From the NCBI GenBank assembly GCA_965248925.1, contig CBDFLE010000005.1, positions 2,016,001 to 2,080,000 on the forward strand: 64,000 nucleotides of DNA, in the 5' to 3' direction. The DNA is from Candidatus Multivoradales bacterium. GTDB lineage: Bacteria > Acidobacteriota > Thermoanaerobaculia > Multivoradales > J023. Made by a program: the position numbers and the translations under genes. Positions 20,035 through 29,472 of the stretch are shown one piece after another; within the stretch, counting starts at the first letter, position 1, and each line of letters opens with the position of its first letter. The notes beneath the pieces were generated by a model. It was not told the origin of the DNA, made no database searches, and saw only the letters and a list, made by a program, of their open reading frames with translations.

Positions 20035-21042
20035 ATGGAAAAAGATCTACCAACGCTCCCCCTCGAACCACCAACAAGCGACTCGCGACCCGCGGCTGCC
20101 TTCGCCGACTACATTGCCTTGGCGCGGCCGGACCACTACGTCAAGCATGTGTTCATCGTCCCCGGCATCGTCTTGGCACTGGTTCTGCACGGTCGCTCAC
20201 CGGCAGGCAGCCTGCTATCGATCGTTGTCGGCTTCCTCTCCGCCGCCGCCATCGCTTCGGCAAATTACGTGCTCAACGAGTGGCTCGACGCCCCCTTCGA
20301 CGCTTTCCACCCGTCCAAGTCCACCCGCCCGGCGGTGGCCAAGTGGATGTCCCGCGGCTGGGTGTGGACAGAGTACCTGCTGCTAGCCGGCACTGGCCTT
20401 GGTCTGGCGGCGGCGGTATCCCGCCCCTTCCTGGTCACCTCGGTGCTGTTCCTGCTCGGCGCGGTGGCCTACAACGTGGCACCGATTCGCACCAAAGACC
20501 GGGTCTACCTCGACGTCCTCAGCGAAGCTATCAACAATCCCATCCGCCTGACCCTGGGCTGGGCGATGATCGACGCTACCACCCTGCCGCCGAGCAGCTT
20601 GCTGCTAGCCTACTGGATGGGCGGCGCCTTCTTGATGGCGGTCAAACGCTTCGCCGAATACCGCGCGGTCAGCGCCAGTGGCGAGTTCGCTGCCCTGGCC
20701 CTTTATCGGCGCTCGTTCCACGCCTACAGCGAGAACGGCCTGTTGGTCTCGGCGGTGCTCTACGCCCAGATGGCCGCCTTCTTCCTGGCCGTCTTCCTGA
20801 TCAAGTATCGGGTCGAGTACCTGCTCTCCTTACCCCTCTTCGCCGCTCTGTTCGCCTCTTACCTGCGGGTGGGGCTGAAAGAACACTCGACGGCGCAAAC
20901 GCCGGAGAAGTTATTTCGCGAGAAGGCCCTGCTAGCGACCGTGGTGCTGCTGGTGGTAGCCTTGGCGCTGCTGACCTGGATCGATCTGCCGATCCTCGAC
21001 CGGCTGACTACAGCACACTATATCCAGCTGTCGGGCGACTGA
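20035..21042 (+). CDS. UbiA-family prenyltransferase (decaprenyl-phosphate phosphoribosyltransferase-like)
   Basis: ARPDHYVKH, NYVLNEWLD..FD..HPSK..RP and KRFAE; polytopic membrane protein. Confidence 0.88.
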   Translation: MEKDLPTLPLEPPTSDSRPAAAFADYIALARPDHYVKHVFIVPGIVLALVLHGRSPAGSLLSIVVGFLSAAAIASANYVLNEWLDAPFDAFHPSKSTRPAVAKWMSRGWVWTEYLLLAGTGLGLAAAVSRPFLVTSVLFLLGAVAYNVAPIRTKDRVYLDVLSEAINNPIRLTLGWAMIDATTLPPSSLLLAYWMGGAFLMAVKRFAEYRAVSASGEFAALALYRRSFHAYSENGLLVSAVLYAQMAAFFLAVFLIKYRVEYLLSLPLFAALFASYLRVGLKEHSTAQTPEKLFREKALLATVVLLVVALALLTWIDLPILDRLTTAHYIQLSGD

Positions 21043-21046
21043 TCCC

Positions 21047-21472
21047 TCAGTCCAGGTCGAAGCGCCGCCGCAGCTCCGGCGGCAGCAGCGGGCAGGCGGT
21101 CGGCGGTGGGGTGAACAGCCGGTGACGTATCTTTGCGATGCCAACGTAAACAGCGTCCCGTAGCAACGCCGGAACCAGGCCACCGACGAAAGCGACCGGC
21201 CGCCAAAGACCACCCAGGCGGGCGGTGGCGTGCAGCACGGCCGTGGAGCGGGTGAGCAAACGGCCCTCGCTAGTCAGCACGACGATGCTGTCTGGCAGAT
21301 CAACACGTTGGGCCGGCGGCACCAGACGGAGAAAGGCTTGGCTGTCGAGCGGCGCGAAGCGGAACAGCTCGCCACTGGCATCCCGCGCCAGTAAAAAGCG
21401 AACAGCGCGGTGGCAAAGACCGCAGTGGCCATCGTAGAAGACGTACTCCCTAGCTGTCAGCCCGCTCGCCAT
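21047..21472 (-). CDS. DCC1/DUF393 thiol-disulfide oxidoreductase
   Basis: YDGHCGLC, FAPL and LRDAVY..IA..RHRLF. Confidence 0.92.
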   Translation of the reverse strand: MASGLTAREYVFYDGHCGLCHRAVRFLLARDASGELFRFAPLDSQAFLRLVPPAQRVDLPDSIVVLTSEGRLLTRSTAVLHATARLGGLWRPVAFVGGLVPALLRDAVYVGIAKIRHRLFTPPPTACPLLPPELRRRFDLD

Positions 21473-21477
21473 CGCCC

Positions 21478-22248
21478 TTACCTCGCCACTAAACTTGGCA
21501 GCTCAAAGCTCTGCTCTTCGAATTCGTCCGGCAGTGTGTGATGGCGCTGTGAGCCGCAGCGGCAAACGGTTGGAGCGTCTCGAGGGATAGCCTCGTAACG
21601 TCGCAGGTCTTGTAGCGCTCGCCGGGCATCAGCTCGCAACTGCTGGATTGCCCGCAGCAGATCGCCAAACCCTTGCCGGTTCAGCTGCCGCAATTCATCC
21701 GCTAGGGCCAGCAGCTCAGGAATCCTTTGTCCTTCCAATGCGGCCAGCAACCGCAGACGGTCGTTGATCAGCTCTCGGCGACCTCGCCGACGCTCTACTT
21801 TTCGCGGATCATCCAGCTGATAGGCGCGATGGGTGTACGCGGCATCGAGATCTCCTGCCTCTGGTTGCAAACGGTTGCCGGCGGCGATGAAGTGCCGGTG
21901 CCACCCATCTCGGGTCGGATCTAGCAAGCGAGCGCCTTGGTGTTGCGGCGGCTTGGCTGAGCGGGATCGATTGCAGAAGCGGCAGGCGTAGAGACAGTTG
22001 TCGTAATCACCCTGCCGCGAAGCGTCCGCGCTACGCGCGATGGCATGTTCGACAGTGGTGCCACCCAGCCCTTCGCCGGACTCTCCACCAAATAGATCGG
22101 CTTCGTGCAACAGGCAGAAGCCACAAGTAAAGCCAAAGTCCCAGCGCAAGCACGAACGGTAAGCCTGCCAACGCTCAGTAGGTCTGGGCTGGTGCCGACG
22201 CAACGTCGGCTTCTTCGGCGGCAGAGTCCGCGGCGGCAGAATCTTCAA
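21478..22248 (-). CDS. HNH endonuclease-like protein
   Basis: LRWDFGFTCGFC, TVEH, YDNCLYACRFCNRSR and LLDP. A TTG start at 22248 follows a GAGAGGGA RBS-like sequence. Confidence 0.8.
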   Translation of the reverse strand: MKILPPRTLPPKKPTLRRHQPRPTERWQAYRSCLRWDFGFTCGFCLLHEADLFGGESGEGLGGTTVEHAIARSADASRQGDYDNCLYACRFCNRSRSAKPPQHQGARLLDPTRDGWHRHFIAAGNRLQPEAGDLDAAYTHRAYQLDDPRKVERRRGRRELINDRLRLLAALEGQRIPELLALADELRQLNRQGFGDLLRAIQQLRADARRALQDLRRYEAIPRDAPTVCRCGSQRHHTLPDEFEEQSFELPSLVAR

Positions 22249-23458
22249 GGTATTCCCTCTCGGCGTACACAGGTTCCGACACATCGGCGGCGGCGGCAGG
22301 GCGATTTGCGGAGATGAGATCTGCGACCTCTTCTCGTAGAACAGCTGCCCGATCAAGGATCTGCTGGCCAGCATCGATCGGCATATTCAGGCCAGTTTCG
22401 AATCTCTCGCGAAACTGCGCCGCCTCAGCCTGTTGCAACTCCAGGAGATGGGCCCATTTTCGATCGATCTCCTCTCCGCAGCTCAAATCGTCCGCCGACG
22501 CTTCCCGAGTCAGAGCGATGATCTCGTCATAGAGTCCCTCAATCTGCTCTTCGACAGATCGAGATTCTACGATCTCCCCACCAACTGAACTGGGCACCGA
22601 GCCATTGGTGAGCACTTCTAGCTCGCTCACCACAGCTGCCGCACTCTGCGGCCGATCTTGAGGCTCCTTGGCAAGCAGTCGGTCGATGAGCGAGGCGAGG
22701 GCCGGCGTCACAGCAAGGTTGAGTTCATTTGCCGGCAGAGGGTCCAGGCTCAAAATGCGACAGAAAGTACCGAACTGTGTCGAATCCTGAAACGGCGATT
22801 CCCCTGTCAACATCTCGTAGAGCAGTACGCCGAAGGAAAAAAGGTCGGATCGCAGCGAGACCAGTTCCCCGGCCACCTGCTCGGGCGATAGCGCCCGATA
22901 CACCCTGGCCGCCGCACTTTCCCTCGCCTGGCTAGAATCGATCTCCAGGCTCTCCGCGATCGCTACCATACCCAAGTCGAGAAGATTGATCTTGCCATCC
23001 GGCTCGACCAAGACGCTCTCGGCCCGCAGGTCTCTGTGCAAAAAACCACTCGCATGTAGTTCCACTAACGCCCTGCCGACCTGGAGTCCAATCGGCAAGG
23101 CTTGCTCGATCGGCAGCGCTCCCGCTGCCAGCAAGCGCGACAGGGGGGAGCTGGACTTCGTGCCGTTGCCGGTCTTCAACCGTGGAAGTAACCGATTCCA
23201 TGCCTCTTCGACCTCGATCTCGGAGTTGGCCCTCTGACCACCACCGTCATCGAATTCGATAACGCCAAAGAGCAGCTGTACTGAACAGTCTTCACAAACC
23301 GCCACATGCTCGGCGATCTCTTCTCTCTGCTCGTGGGTCAACGTACCCTGATGATACGCAGCGAGTTCAGGGAGCGTAGCGTGCCGACGCTGCTGCCGGC
23401 GCTCTTGGCTGTACGCCGCTAGCGCCGCCCTGAAGTCGTCGCGAATTTCTAGTTCCAT
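22175..23458 (-). CDS. Zinc-finger anti-sigma (HxxxCxxC) fused to a kinase C-lobe and an acidic helical tail
   Basis: HVAVCEDC; HRDLRAESV, DLG, SPEQ and DLFSFGVLLYEMLTG. No Gly-rich loop or VAxK lysine is visible. Confidence 0.75.
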   Translation of the reverse strand: MELEIRDDFRAALAAYSQERRQQRRHATLPELAAYHQGTLTHEQREEIAEHVAVCEDCSVQLLFGVIEFDDGGGQRANSEIEVEEAWNRLLPRLKTGNGTKSSSPLSRLLAAGALPIEQALPIGLQVGRALVELHASGFLHRDLRAESVLVEPDGKINLLDLGMVAIAESLEIDSSQARESAAARVYRALSPEQVAGELVSLRSDLFSFGVLLYEMLTGESPFQDSTQFGTFCRILSLDPLPANELNLAVTPALASLIDRLLAKEPQDRPQSAAAVVSELEVLTNGSVPSSVGGEIVESRSVEEQIEGLYDEIIALTREASADDLSCGEEIDRKWAHLLELQQAEAAQFRERFETGLNMPIDAGQQILDRAAVLREEVADLISANRPAAAADVSEPVYAEREYLEDSAAADSAAEEADVASAPAQTY

Positions 23459-23567
23459 TGCTAAGAAGTCCCCTGGCTCGGCTGATGAAGTCGATCCCCT
23501 CTACCTATAAAGACACCCTGGCCAGAAGATTGTTCGAATACCAGAGTCGCACCCACCTGATCCGCCC

Positions 23568-24167
23568 TCAACTGGCCCCGAGATCAGGGAAATGGGCAGC
23601 GAGCTTCTCCCTGAGCCGCGCCTTGGCCGAATGTAGCTGCGACTTCACCGTGCCGAGTGGGACGCCGGTAATCGCCGCGATCTCGCGGTACCTCAGGTTC
23701 TGGCCAAGCGACAGCAACATGCACTGGCGCATCTGTGCCGGCAGCTCTTGCAGAGCCTGTCGCAGGAGCTTGACCCGTTCCTGGGTCAGGATTTCATCGA
23801 GCTGGCCGCGAGTGGGGGAAGGCGGCCCCTGCTCGCCCGGGGCAACCCCGTCGGCCAACTGGCCGTGGAACGTTGGGTCATCCAGGGAAGCCTCTGGGCG
23901 ATTTCTCTTTGCCGCTGATCGCCGACGCAGCTCGTTGCGGTAGATGTTGACCGCAATCTTGAACAGCCACCCTCTGAAACTGCCCTCACCGCGAAACTGA
24001 GCCCGACTGCGAAAAGCGTGCAGGAAGGCTTGCTGGACCAGATCGTCGACCTCCTCGGAGCCAAATCCCCTGCTGCGAAAGAAAAAGACAACAGCATCAA
24101 AGTGGCGCACGAAGAGCCGCCCAAAGTCTTCCTCGTCTGCTGCCAGTTGCGTTCCGGTCTTGCTCAA
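23568..24167 (-). CDS. ECF sigma-70 factor
   Basis: DLVQQAFLHAF..FRGEGSFRGWLFKIAVN (region 2) and YREIAAITGVPLGTVKSQLHSAK (region 4). Confidence 0.92.
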   Translation of the reverse strand: MSKTGTQLAADEEDFGRLFVRHFDAVVFFFRSRGFGSEEVDDLVQQAFLHAFRSRAQFRGEGSFRGWLFKIAVNIYRNELRRRSAAKRNRPEASLDDPTFHGQLADGVAPGEQGPPSPTRGQLDEILTQERVKLLRQALQELPAQMRQCMLLSLGQNLRYREIAAITGVPLGTVKSQLHSAKARLREKLAAHFPDLGAS

Positions 24168-24308
24168 GCACGGCCTCTAATTTATTGCCCAAACCAATTC
24201 TACAGCAGAGCGAACCACCTCCTGGCCACAACGGGCGCTTCCATGACCGCCCTCACTCTCATATAATAATTTGCATATCGAGAGAATTGCCAGACTGGAG
24301 AGAAGCCT

Positions 24309-27300
24309 ATGCTGGACTTCGTCAAACGAAGCGTCAAACGAAGCTGTCGGAACGCTACTGAGAAAACCACCATCTGGGCCTTCGGCGTAGCGCTGCTGGT
24401 GCTGCTTTCAGCCGCCGCTCAAGCCCTGCCGGCGGTCGATTACGACATCGTCTACGTCCGCCAGCCGCGCTTTGGCGATGACATCAACACTCTGTGGCCG
24501 GAGGTCTTCCATCCGGCGCGGCTCGAAGCCGGGGCGGATCTGATGCTGCTGCATCCAGATGGCAGCGAGGAGGTGCTGGTGGCCGGCGGCATCGGCTCGG
24601 TGAGCGATCCGTTCATCTCCTTCGACGCTGAGTGGGTCTACTACAGCTACTTCTATGATCTACAGCCGCAGAGTTTGAACTCGCAGCGCGGTGATTTGCC
24701 CCACGCTGGGGCCGATATCTTTCGCCTGCACCTCGGTAGCCGTCAGATCGAGCAGCTGACCGACGGCGAATTCACTCCCAACACCGGTGCCGGCAACTGG
24801 CATCCAACCAATCCCCTCGATCCGCCTTCGCAGTACAACCGGCTGGGTTATGGCATTCTCAACCTCGGTCCTTGCCCTTTGCCCGGCGGCCGGCTGGCCT
24901 TCACCAGCAACCGCAATGGCTTCGTGCCTCCCAAGGGCTTTACCAATCCGACCTTGCAACTCTTCGTTATGGACGAAGACGGCGCCAACGTCACCCCGAT
25001 CGCGCCGATGACCATCGGCAGCGCCTTGCACCCGACGGTGCTGCGCGATGGCCGGCTGATGTTCTCGACCTACGAAAGCCAGGGGCTGCGCGACCGGCGA
25101 CTGTGGGGGATCTGGTCGATCTATCCTGATGGCCGCGGCTGGGCACCAGTGATCAGCGCCTTCAAACAGCCTTCGGCCTTTCACTTCATGACCCAGCTCA
25201 GCGGCGAAGATCTGGTGGTGGTGGACTATTACAACCTGAACAACAACGGCTTCGGCGCCCTCTATCGCTTCCCGATCCGCCCACCCGCGGGTACCCCTGC
25301 TTTCTTCAGTGCCTACCTGAGTGACAATCCCGAGGTGCAACAAACTGTCAGTGACGGTTTTCTCTACCCTTTCCGGATGCCCTTCACCCCTTGGGGTATG
25401 TACTCGATCTCGCCCTTCACCCACGGCAACGACAACGCCGCGCCGATCGGCGACGACGGTACCACCCGAGTCGGCAAGCTGACCCATCCCTCAGCGGCGC
25501 CGGCCGGCGATCTGCTGGTGGTGTGGACTCCGGGGCCGGCTAACGACCTCAACCGCCCTACTCCAGACCCACGCTATGACAGCGGCCTCTATCTGCAACC
25601 CGGCGGCGATCCGGCGTGGGATCCGGCTGAACTGGTGGAATTGAAGAATGACCCAGCCTGGAACGAAGCCTGGCCACGAGCGGTGGTGCCCTACCGCGCG
25701 GTCCACGGAGTCGACGCCCCGGCCGAGATCCCTTGGCTACCTAACGACGGCAGCGAGCACCCCCTGCTAGTGGCCGGTACTCCCTTTGGCCTGATCGGTT
25801 CTTCGAGCTTCTACAAGCGGGAGAGTTTTCCCGGCCAGGTGACTTCATGGTCAGACACTTTCGACGGCCTCGACGCTTTCAACACCAGCGAAAACGGCCA
25901 GAGTAGCAATTGGGGCGCCCAAGGGGCCGACGCCGGCAAATACTCCAACAGTGAGATCTGGGCGGTGCGCCTACTGGCGATGGAACCCAACACCCATCGC
26001 AGCTATGGCCCCAACAACGGTCGCCACTTCGAGAATTTCGCCAACGAGCGGCTGCGTATCCTGGGCGAGATCCCGCTGCGCAAGCTCGACGGCAGGGGCG
26101 ACCCGCTGCTCGATGCCGAGGGCAACCCGGACACCAGCTTCCTGGCCAAGATCCCCGCCGACACCCCATTTACCTTCCAAACCCTCGACCGCGACGGGCT
26201 GGTGCTGAACATGTCGCAAACCTGGCATCAGCTGCGGCCCGGCGAAGTACGCACCAATTGCGGCGGCTGCCACGCCCACAGCCAGCAGCCCCTCGATTTC
26301 GCCTCGACCGCCGCCGCCCAGCCCGAATACCAGGTTTGGGATCTGGCCAACACCACCCCTCTACTGACCCGCGACACTCAGGGCCAGCCGGCGTTGCGCA
26401 TCGAGGCGGGCGGGGTGGCCAATGTCGAGTTCTACCGCGACATCCGGCCCCTCCTGGGGCGCAGCTGTGTCAGCTGCCACCGTTCCAGCGATCCTGATCC
26501 GCCGGGCAATCTGGTGCTCGACGACCACACCCTCTACGGCGGCTTGCCGGGGGACTACAAGCGCCTGGCCGACGATAACGACGCCACTTGGGGCTATCCG
26601 CCAGTGATCAGCAACGGTATTTGGCGACAGACCAACGCCAGCCGCTATGTCCGCCGCTTGCAAAGTCGACGCAGCTTGCTGATGTGGAAGCTCCTCGGTC
26701 GCCGCAGCGACGGTTGGTCAAACGCCGACCACCCCACCGAGACGGTGCCGGGAGACGCCTCGACCTTACCCGCGGGAGCAGCGGCCAACGAAGCAGATCT
26801 GGACTACAGCGGTAGTCCGATGCCGCCACCAGGACAGGGAGTGCCGCTCTTGAGCGTCGACGAAAAGATGCTCTTCGCCCGCTGGATCGACCTCGGCTGT
26901 CCCATCGATAGCGCCTTTGGCACGGCTGATGAGGCCTACGGCTGGCATCTCGACGATCTCCGCCCCACCCTTGCCTTGAGCTCGCCCCGAGCCGGCTACA
27001 ACGCCGGGCCGGTCGATCGACTGCGGCTCGGAGTGGCCGATGCTTACAGCGGCATCGACCTGGCAAGTCTTTCGTTGGTGGCAGATTTCGCCGTCGCTGG
27101 CCGCAGCGCCGGGGCCGAGCTAGCGGATCTGCTGCAAAGCAGCGGCGACGGCATCTGGACTCTCGATCTGGGTTTTTCCTTGCCGCCGCTGATCGACGCC
27201 CTAATCTTTGCCGAGGTCGCCGATCAACAAGGCAATATCACTCGTGTCGAACGGCGCTTCTCCACCGTCACCCAGGCGATCTTCGTCGACGGCTTCGAGT

Positions 27301-27335
27301 CCGGAAACACCACCGCCTGGTCCGGCAGCAACTGA
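24309..27335 (+). CDS. Exported HzsA-related beta-propeller / diheme cytochrome c protein
   Basis: Signal peptide, TolB-like propeller motifs, SFLAKIPADTPFTFQTLD..RPGE..CGGCH, a second CVSCH, RWIDLG, and C-terminal IFVDGFESG. Confidence 0.78.
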   Translation: MLDFVKRSVKRSCRNATEKTTIWAFGVALLVLLSAAAQALPAVDYDIVYVRQPRFGDDINTLWPEVFHPARLEAGADLMLLHPDGSEEVLVAGGIGSVSDPFISFDAEWVYYSYFYDLQPQSLNSQRGDLPHAGADIFRLHLGSRQIEQLTDGEFTPNTGAGNWHPTNPLDPPSQYNRLGYGILNLGPCPLPGGRLAFTSNRNGFVPPKGFTNPTLQLFVMDEDGANVTPIAPMTIGSALHPTVLRDGRLMFSTYESQGLRDRRLWGIWSIYPDGRGWAPVISAFKQPSAFHFMTQLSGEDLVVVDYYNLNNNGFGALYRFPIRPPAGTPAFFSAYLSDNPEVQQTVSDGFLYPFRMPFTPWGMYSISPFTHGNDNAAPIGDDGTTRVGKLTHPSAAPAGDLLVVWTPGPANDLNRPTPDPRYDSGLYLQPGGDPAWDPAELVELKNDPAWNEAWPRAVVPYRAVHGVDAPAEIPWLPNDGSEHPLLVAGTPFGLIGSSSFYKRESFPGQVTSWSDTFDGLDAFNTSENGQSSNWGAQGADAGKYSNSEIWAVRLLAMEPNTHRSYGPNNGRHFENFANERLRILGEIPLRKLDGRGDPLLDAEGNPDTSFLAKIPADTPFTFQTLDRDGLVLNMSQTWHQLRPGEVRTNCGGCHAHSQQPLDFASTAAAQPEYQVWDLANTTPLLTRDTQGQPALRIEAGGVANVEFYRDIRPLLGRSCVSCHRSSDPDPPGNLVLDDHTLYGGLPGDYKRLADDNDATWGYPPVISNGIWRQTNASRYVRRLQSRRSLLMWKLLGRRSDGWSNADHPTETVPGDASTLPAGAAANEADLDYSGSPMPPPGQGVPLLSVDEKMLFARWIDLGCPIDSAFGTADEAYGWHLDDLRPTLALSSPRAGYNAGPVDRLRLGVADAYSGIDLASLSLVADFAVAGRSAGAELADLLQSSGDGIWTLDLGFSLPPLIDALIFAEVADQQGNITRVERRFSTVTQAIFVDGFESGNTTAWSGSN

Positions 27336-27347
27336 ACCCAAGGGAAC

Positions 27348-27518
27348 CTGGCTCGCCGGATTCTGTAGGGGCGCAAGGCTTGCGCCCGTCTTTGATCGCC
27401 GCGCCAACGGGCGCACGCCGTGCGCCCCTACAAGAATCTCTTCCCGGGCTCGCCAAAGAGACTCAGGGGGTAAGCCTGCTCACCGGCCGGTTGTCGACCC
27501 ACAGCACACCGTCACGAA
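27348..27518 (+). repeat. ~170-bp imperfect direct repeat, copy 1; contains a GTAG-type REP doublet (27365-27431)
   Basis: gtaggggcgcaaggcttgcgccc ... gggcgcacgccgtgcgcccctac. It aligns by eye with 30272-30441. Confidence 0.85.
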
Positions 27519-27666
27519 CTGCCTCCCCCACCCACAGCACCCGATCTCCTCATTGGATCCCAGCCGGGTAGGGGGTTTATTCGGCCAGTTTCCTGTTCAG
27601 GCTCTGTTCAGGTCTCTCGGCCACAATAGGCATGACATGACCGGTGAGAGAAAAGGAGAGCAACCT

Positions 27667-28425
27667 GTGAGCCAACCGTGGTCGAGTTCCCTCGTAGTCG
27701 CATCGTTTGGAGTCATAACCTGGCGAGTCGTCACCTTCGTCCAACTTGTATCCGGACAGATGGAGGGCGTTGTCGAGGACCCCGCTATCCTCGTGTTGCT
27801 GCGGGGTGGGATGGGACTCCTCCTTGTAGCCTGCGGGCTCGCGATGGCGCACCGGGAACTACTATGGGCAAAGGCCTTTGGCTGGTATTGCGTGACTTAC
27901 GGACTGCACTGGGGCGGCCCCATCATCGTTAGCGCCGAATCTCAGGCCCATGCCCCGATCTTCCTCTTCTACTTTCTCGTCAGCGGCGCAGTGGCACATT
28001 CGTGCCTGCTGCTGTGGTTCTATTCGTATCCATCTCGATCTGCTCCAGCTTGGCTCAAACGGGCGGTCCTGGTGCCACCGGGAATGGCGCTCCTCGCCGG
28101 CGGGCTCGGGCTCAGCTCGGGCTCGGCGGCCCTAGTCGGAACCGCTCAAGCGATTATTGGCGTTTGGCCAACGGTGGCGACGGTTCTCGGGTTGGTCGCT
28201 CTGTCGGTCTCCGCAAGCCGAGGACCAGCTGTAGCCCGCCAACGGCAACTGCGTTTGATCGGACTCTTCCTGGCCGCCGTCCTACCCTGGGAAATCGCGT
28301 CGGCCTTCGGCTATGACGAGCTGGCAGCGTGGTTGACGCTCCTCTTCTCGGCCCCAGCGGTGGCGACGGTGATCTGGGCCCGTCGAGAACCGCCTTTCGA
28401 GCTCACCGGGAACACAGCCGCGTAG
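27667..28425 (+). CDS. Polytopic membrane protein of unknown function
   Basis: AAGGAG precedes an in-frame GTG at 27667; about 7-8 hydrophobic segments. Confidence 0.65.
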   Translation: MSQPWSSSLVVASFGVITWRVVTFVQLVSGQMEGVVEDPAILVLLRGGMGLLLVACGLAMAHRELLWAKAFGWYCVTYGLHWGGPIIVSAESQAHAPIFLFYFLVSGAVAHSCLLLWFYSYPSRSAPAWLKRAVLVPPGMALLAGGLGLSSGSAALVGTAQAIIGVWPTVATVLGLVALSVSASRGPAVARQRQLRLIGLFLAAVLPWEIASAFGYDELAAWLTLLFSAPAVATVIWARREPPFELTGNTAA

Positions 28426-28437
28426 GGAATTTAGCGC

Positions 28438-29472
28438 TCAGGAACTTGCGGTAGAGCCGATAGGGGATTTGGGGGGCGGGAAGTCCAGTACGACTGCGAG
28501 ACCTCCCAGGTGAGAAACCCGAGCCGTCATGGCGCCCTCGTAGAGTTCGACGAGCGTCCGGACGATGCTGAGACCCATCCCGCTGCCTCCGGACTCATAG
28601 GCCGGTCCTTCGACGCTTGTGCCTCTCACCAGGGCCGAGCGCTCCGCCTCGCGCAGCCCGGGTCCATCATCGTCGACCGCTATGGATACACCACCGCTAT
28701 CCGCCCGGACTTGAATCTCCACCTGTCGAGCGGCCCACTTGCAGGCATTGTCGAGAATATTGCCCAGCATCTCCGCAAGATCCTGGCTATCCATCCGCAG
28801 GGTCGCCCCCTCCTCTACGGCTGCCGAAATCACCAATCCGCGCGACTCGTAGAGCCGCTTCATCGTCCGCAACAACCCATCGACGACCGGTCCTATCGCG
28901 ACAGCCGCCTCTGGTGGTTGAGCGGACCGAGCGGCAGCAGCCCTTGCACGACTCAAATGGACTTCCACATGCGCGGTCATCGCCAGAACCTGACGGTTCA
29001 TCTCCTCGGTCGACGACTCCGCGCCCTCGTTCAGGCGCTGGATCTCGTTGCTGAGAATCGCCAGCGGTGTCTTGAGACCGTGAGCCAGGTTGTCGGCCTC
29101 CACCTTCGAGCGCCGCAATGCTTCCCGATTGCGGCGCAGAAGGGTATTGAGGTCATCTACGAGTGGCTGCACTTCTTGCGGGTAGCTGCCATGAACCTGC
29201 TGCTCCGAGCCCCGGCGTACCGGGTCTAGCCGGCCTCGGAGTCGCTTCAACGGGAGCAGACTGGCGACGACCGTCAGCACTCCTGCAATCATCAGAGCAA
29301 GACCGACCAGGCAAATGGAAGCGAACCAGCCGGCGCTGATCTTGAAGTAGGCGGCTGCCGATGGGATGAGCGCTCCGAAGGCGAAGAGCAGGCCGCCGAT
29401 GAAGATCCAGCCTCGAAGGGAGGTCCACCGAATGCCGACCTTACGGTGGCTCTCCTCCTTGCCGTCGCTCAC
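28438..29472 (-). CDS. Sensor histidine kinase (PhoQ-like core, minimal extracellular loop)
   Basis: H-box LAHGLKTPL, N-box GNILDNACKW, DDDGPG and GSGMGLSIV. Confidence 0.9.
   Translation of the reverse strand: MSDGKEESHRKVGIRWTSLRGWIFIGGLLFAFGALIPSAAAYFKISAGWFASICLVGLALMIAGVLTVVASLLPLKRLRGRLDPVRRGSEQQVHGSYPQEVQPLVDDLNTLLRRNREALRRSKVEADNLAHGLKTPLAILSNEIQRLNEGAESSTEEMNRQVLAMTAHVEVHLSRARAAAARSAQPPEAAVAIGPVVDGLLRTMKRLYESRGLVISAAVEEGATLRMDSQDLAEMLGNILDNACKWAARQVEIQVRADSGGVSIAVDDDGPGLREAERSALVRGTSVEGPAYESGGSGMGLSIVRTLVELYEGAMTARVSHLGGLAVVLDFPPPKSPIGSTASS

Noticed and set aside
20010-21125. 371-aa alternative-frame ORF over the UbiA-family gene
   Set aside because: It is an Arg/Pro-rich off-frame translation typical of high-GC DNA; the overlapping frame carries the clear UbiA motifs.
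24309-27335. Hydrazine synthase / anammox capability
   Set aside because: Only an HzsA-related domain architecture is present, with no hzsB/hzsC. Such homologues occur in non-anammox bacteria.
27208-27666. N-terminal 153 aa of the 27208-28425 ORF
   Set aside because: It overlaps the previous gene and the REP repeat. A better RBS and GTG start lie at 27667.
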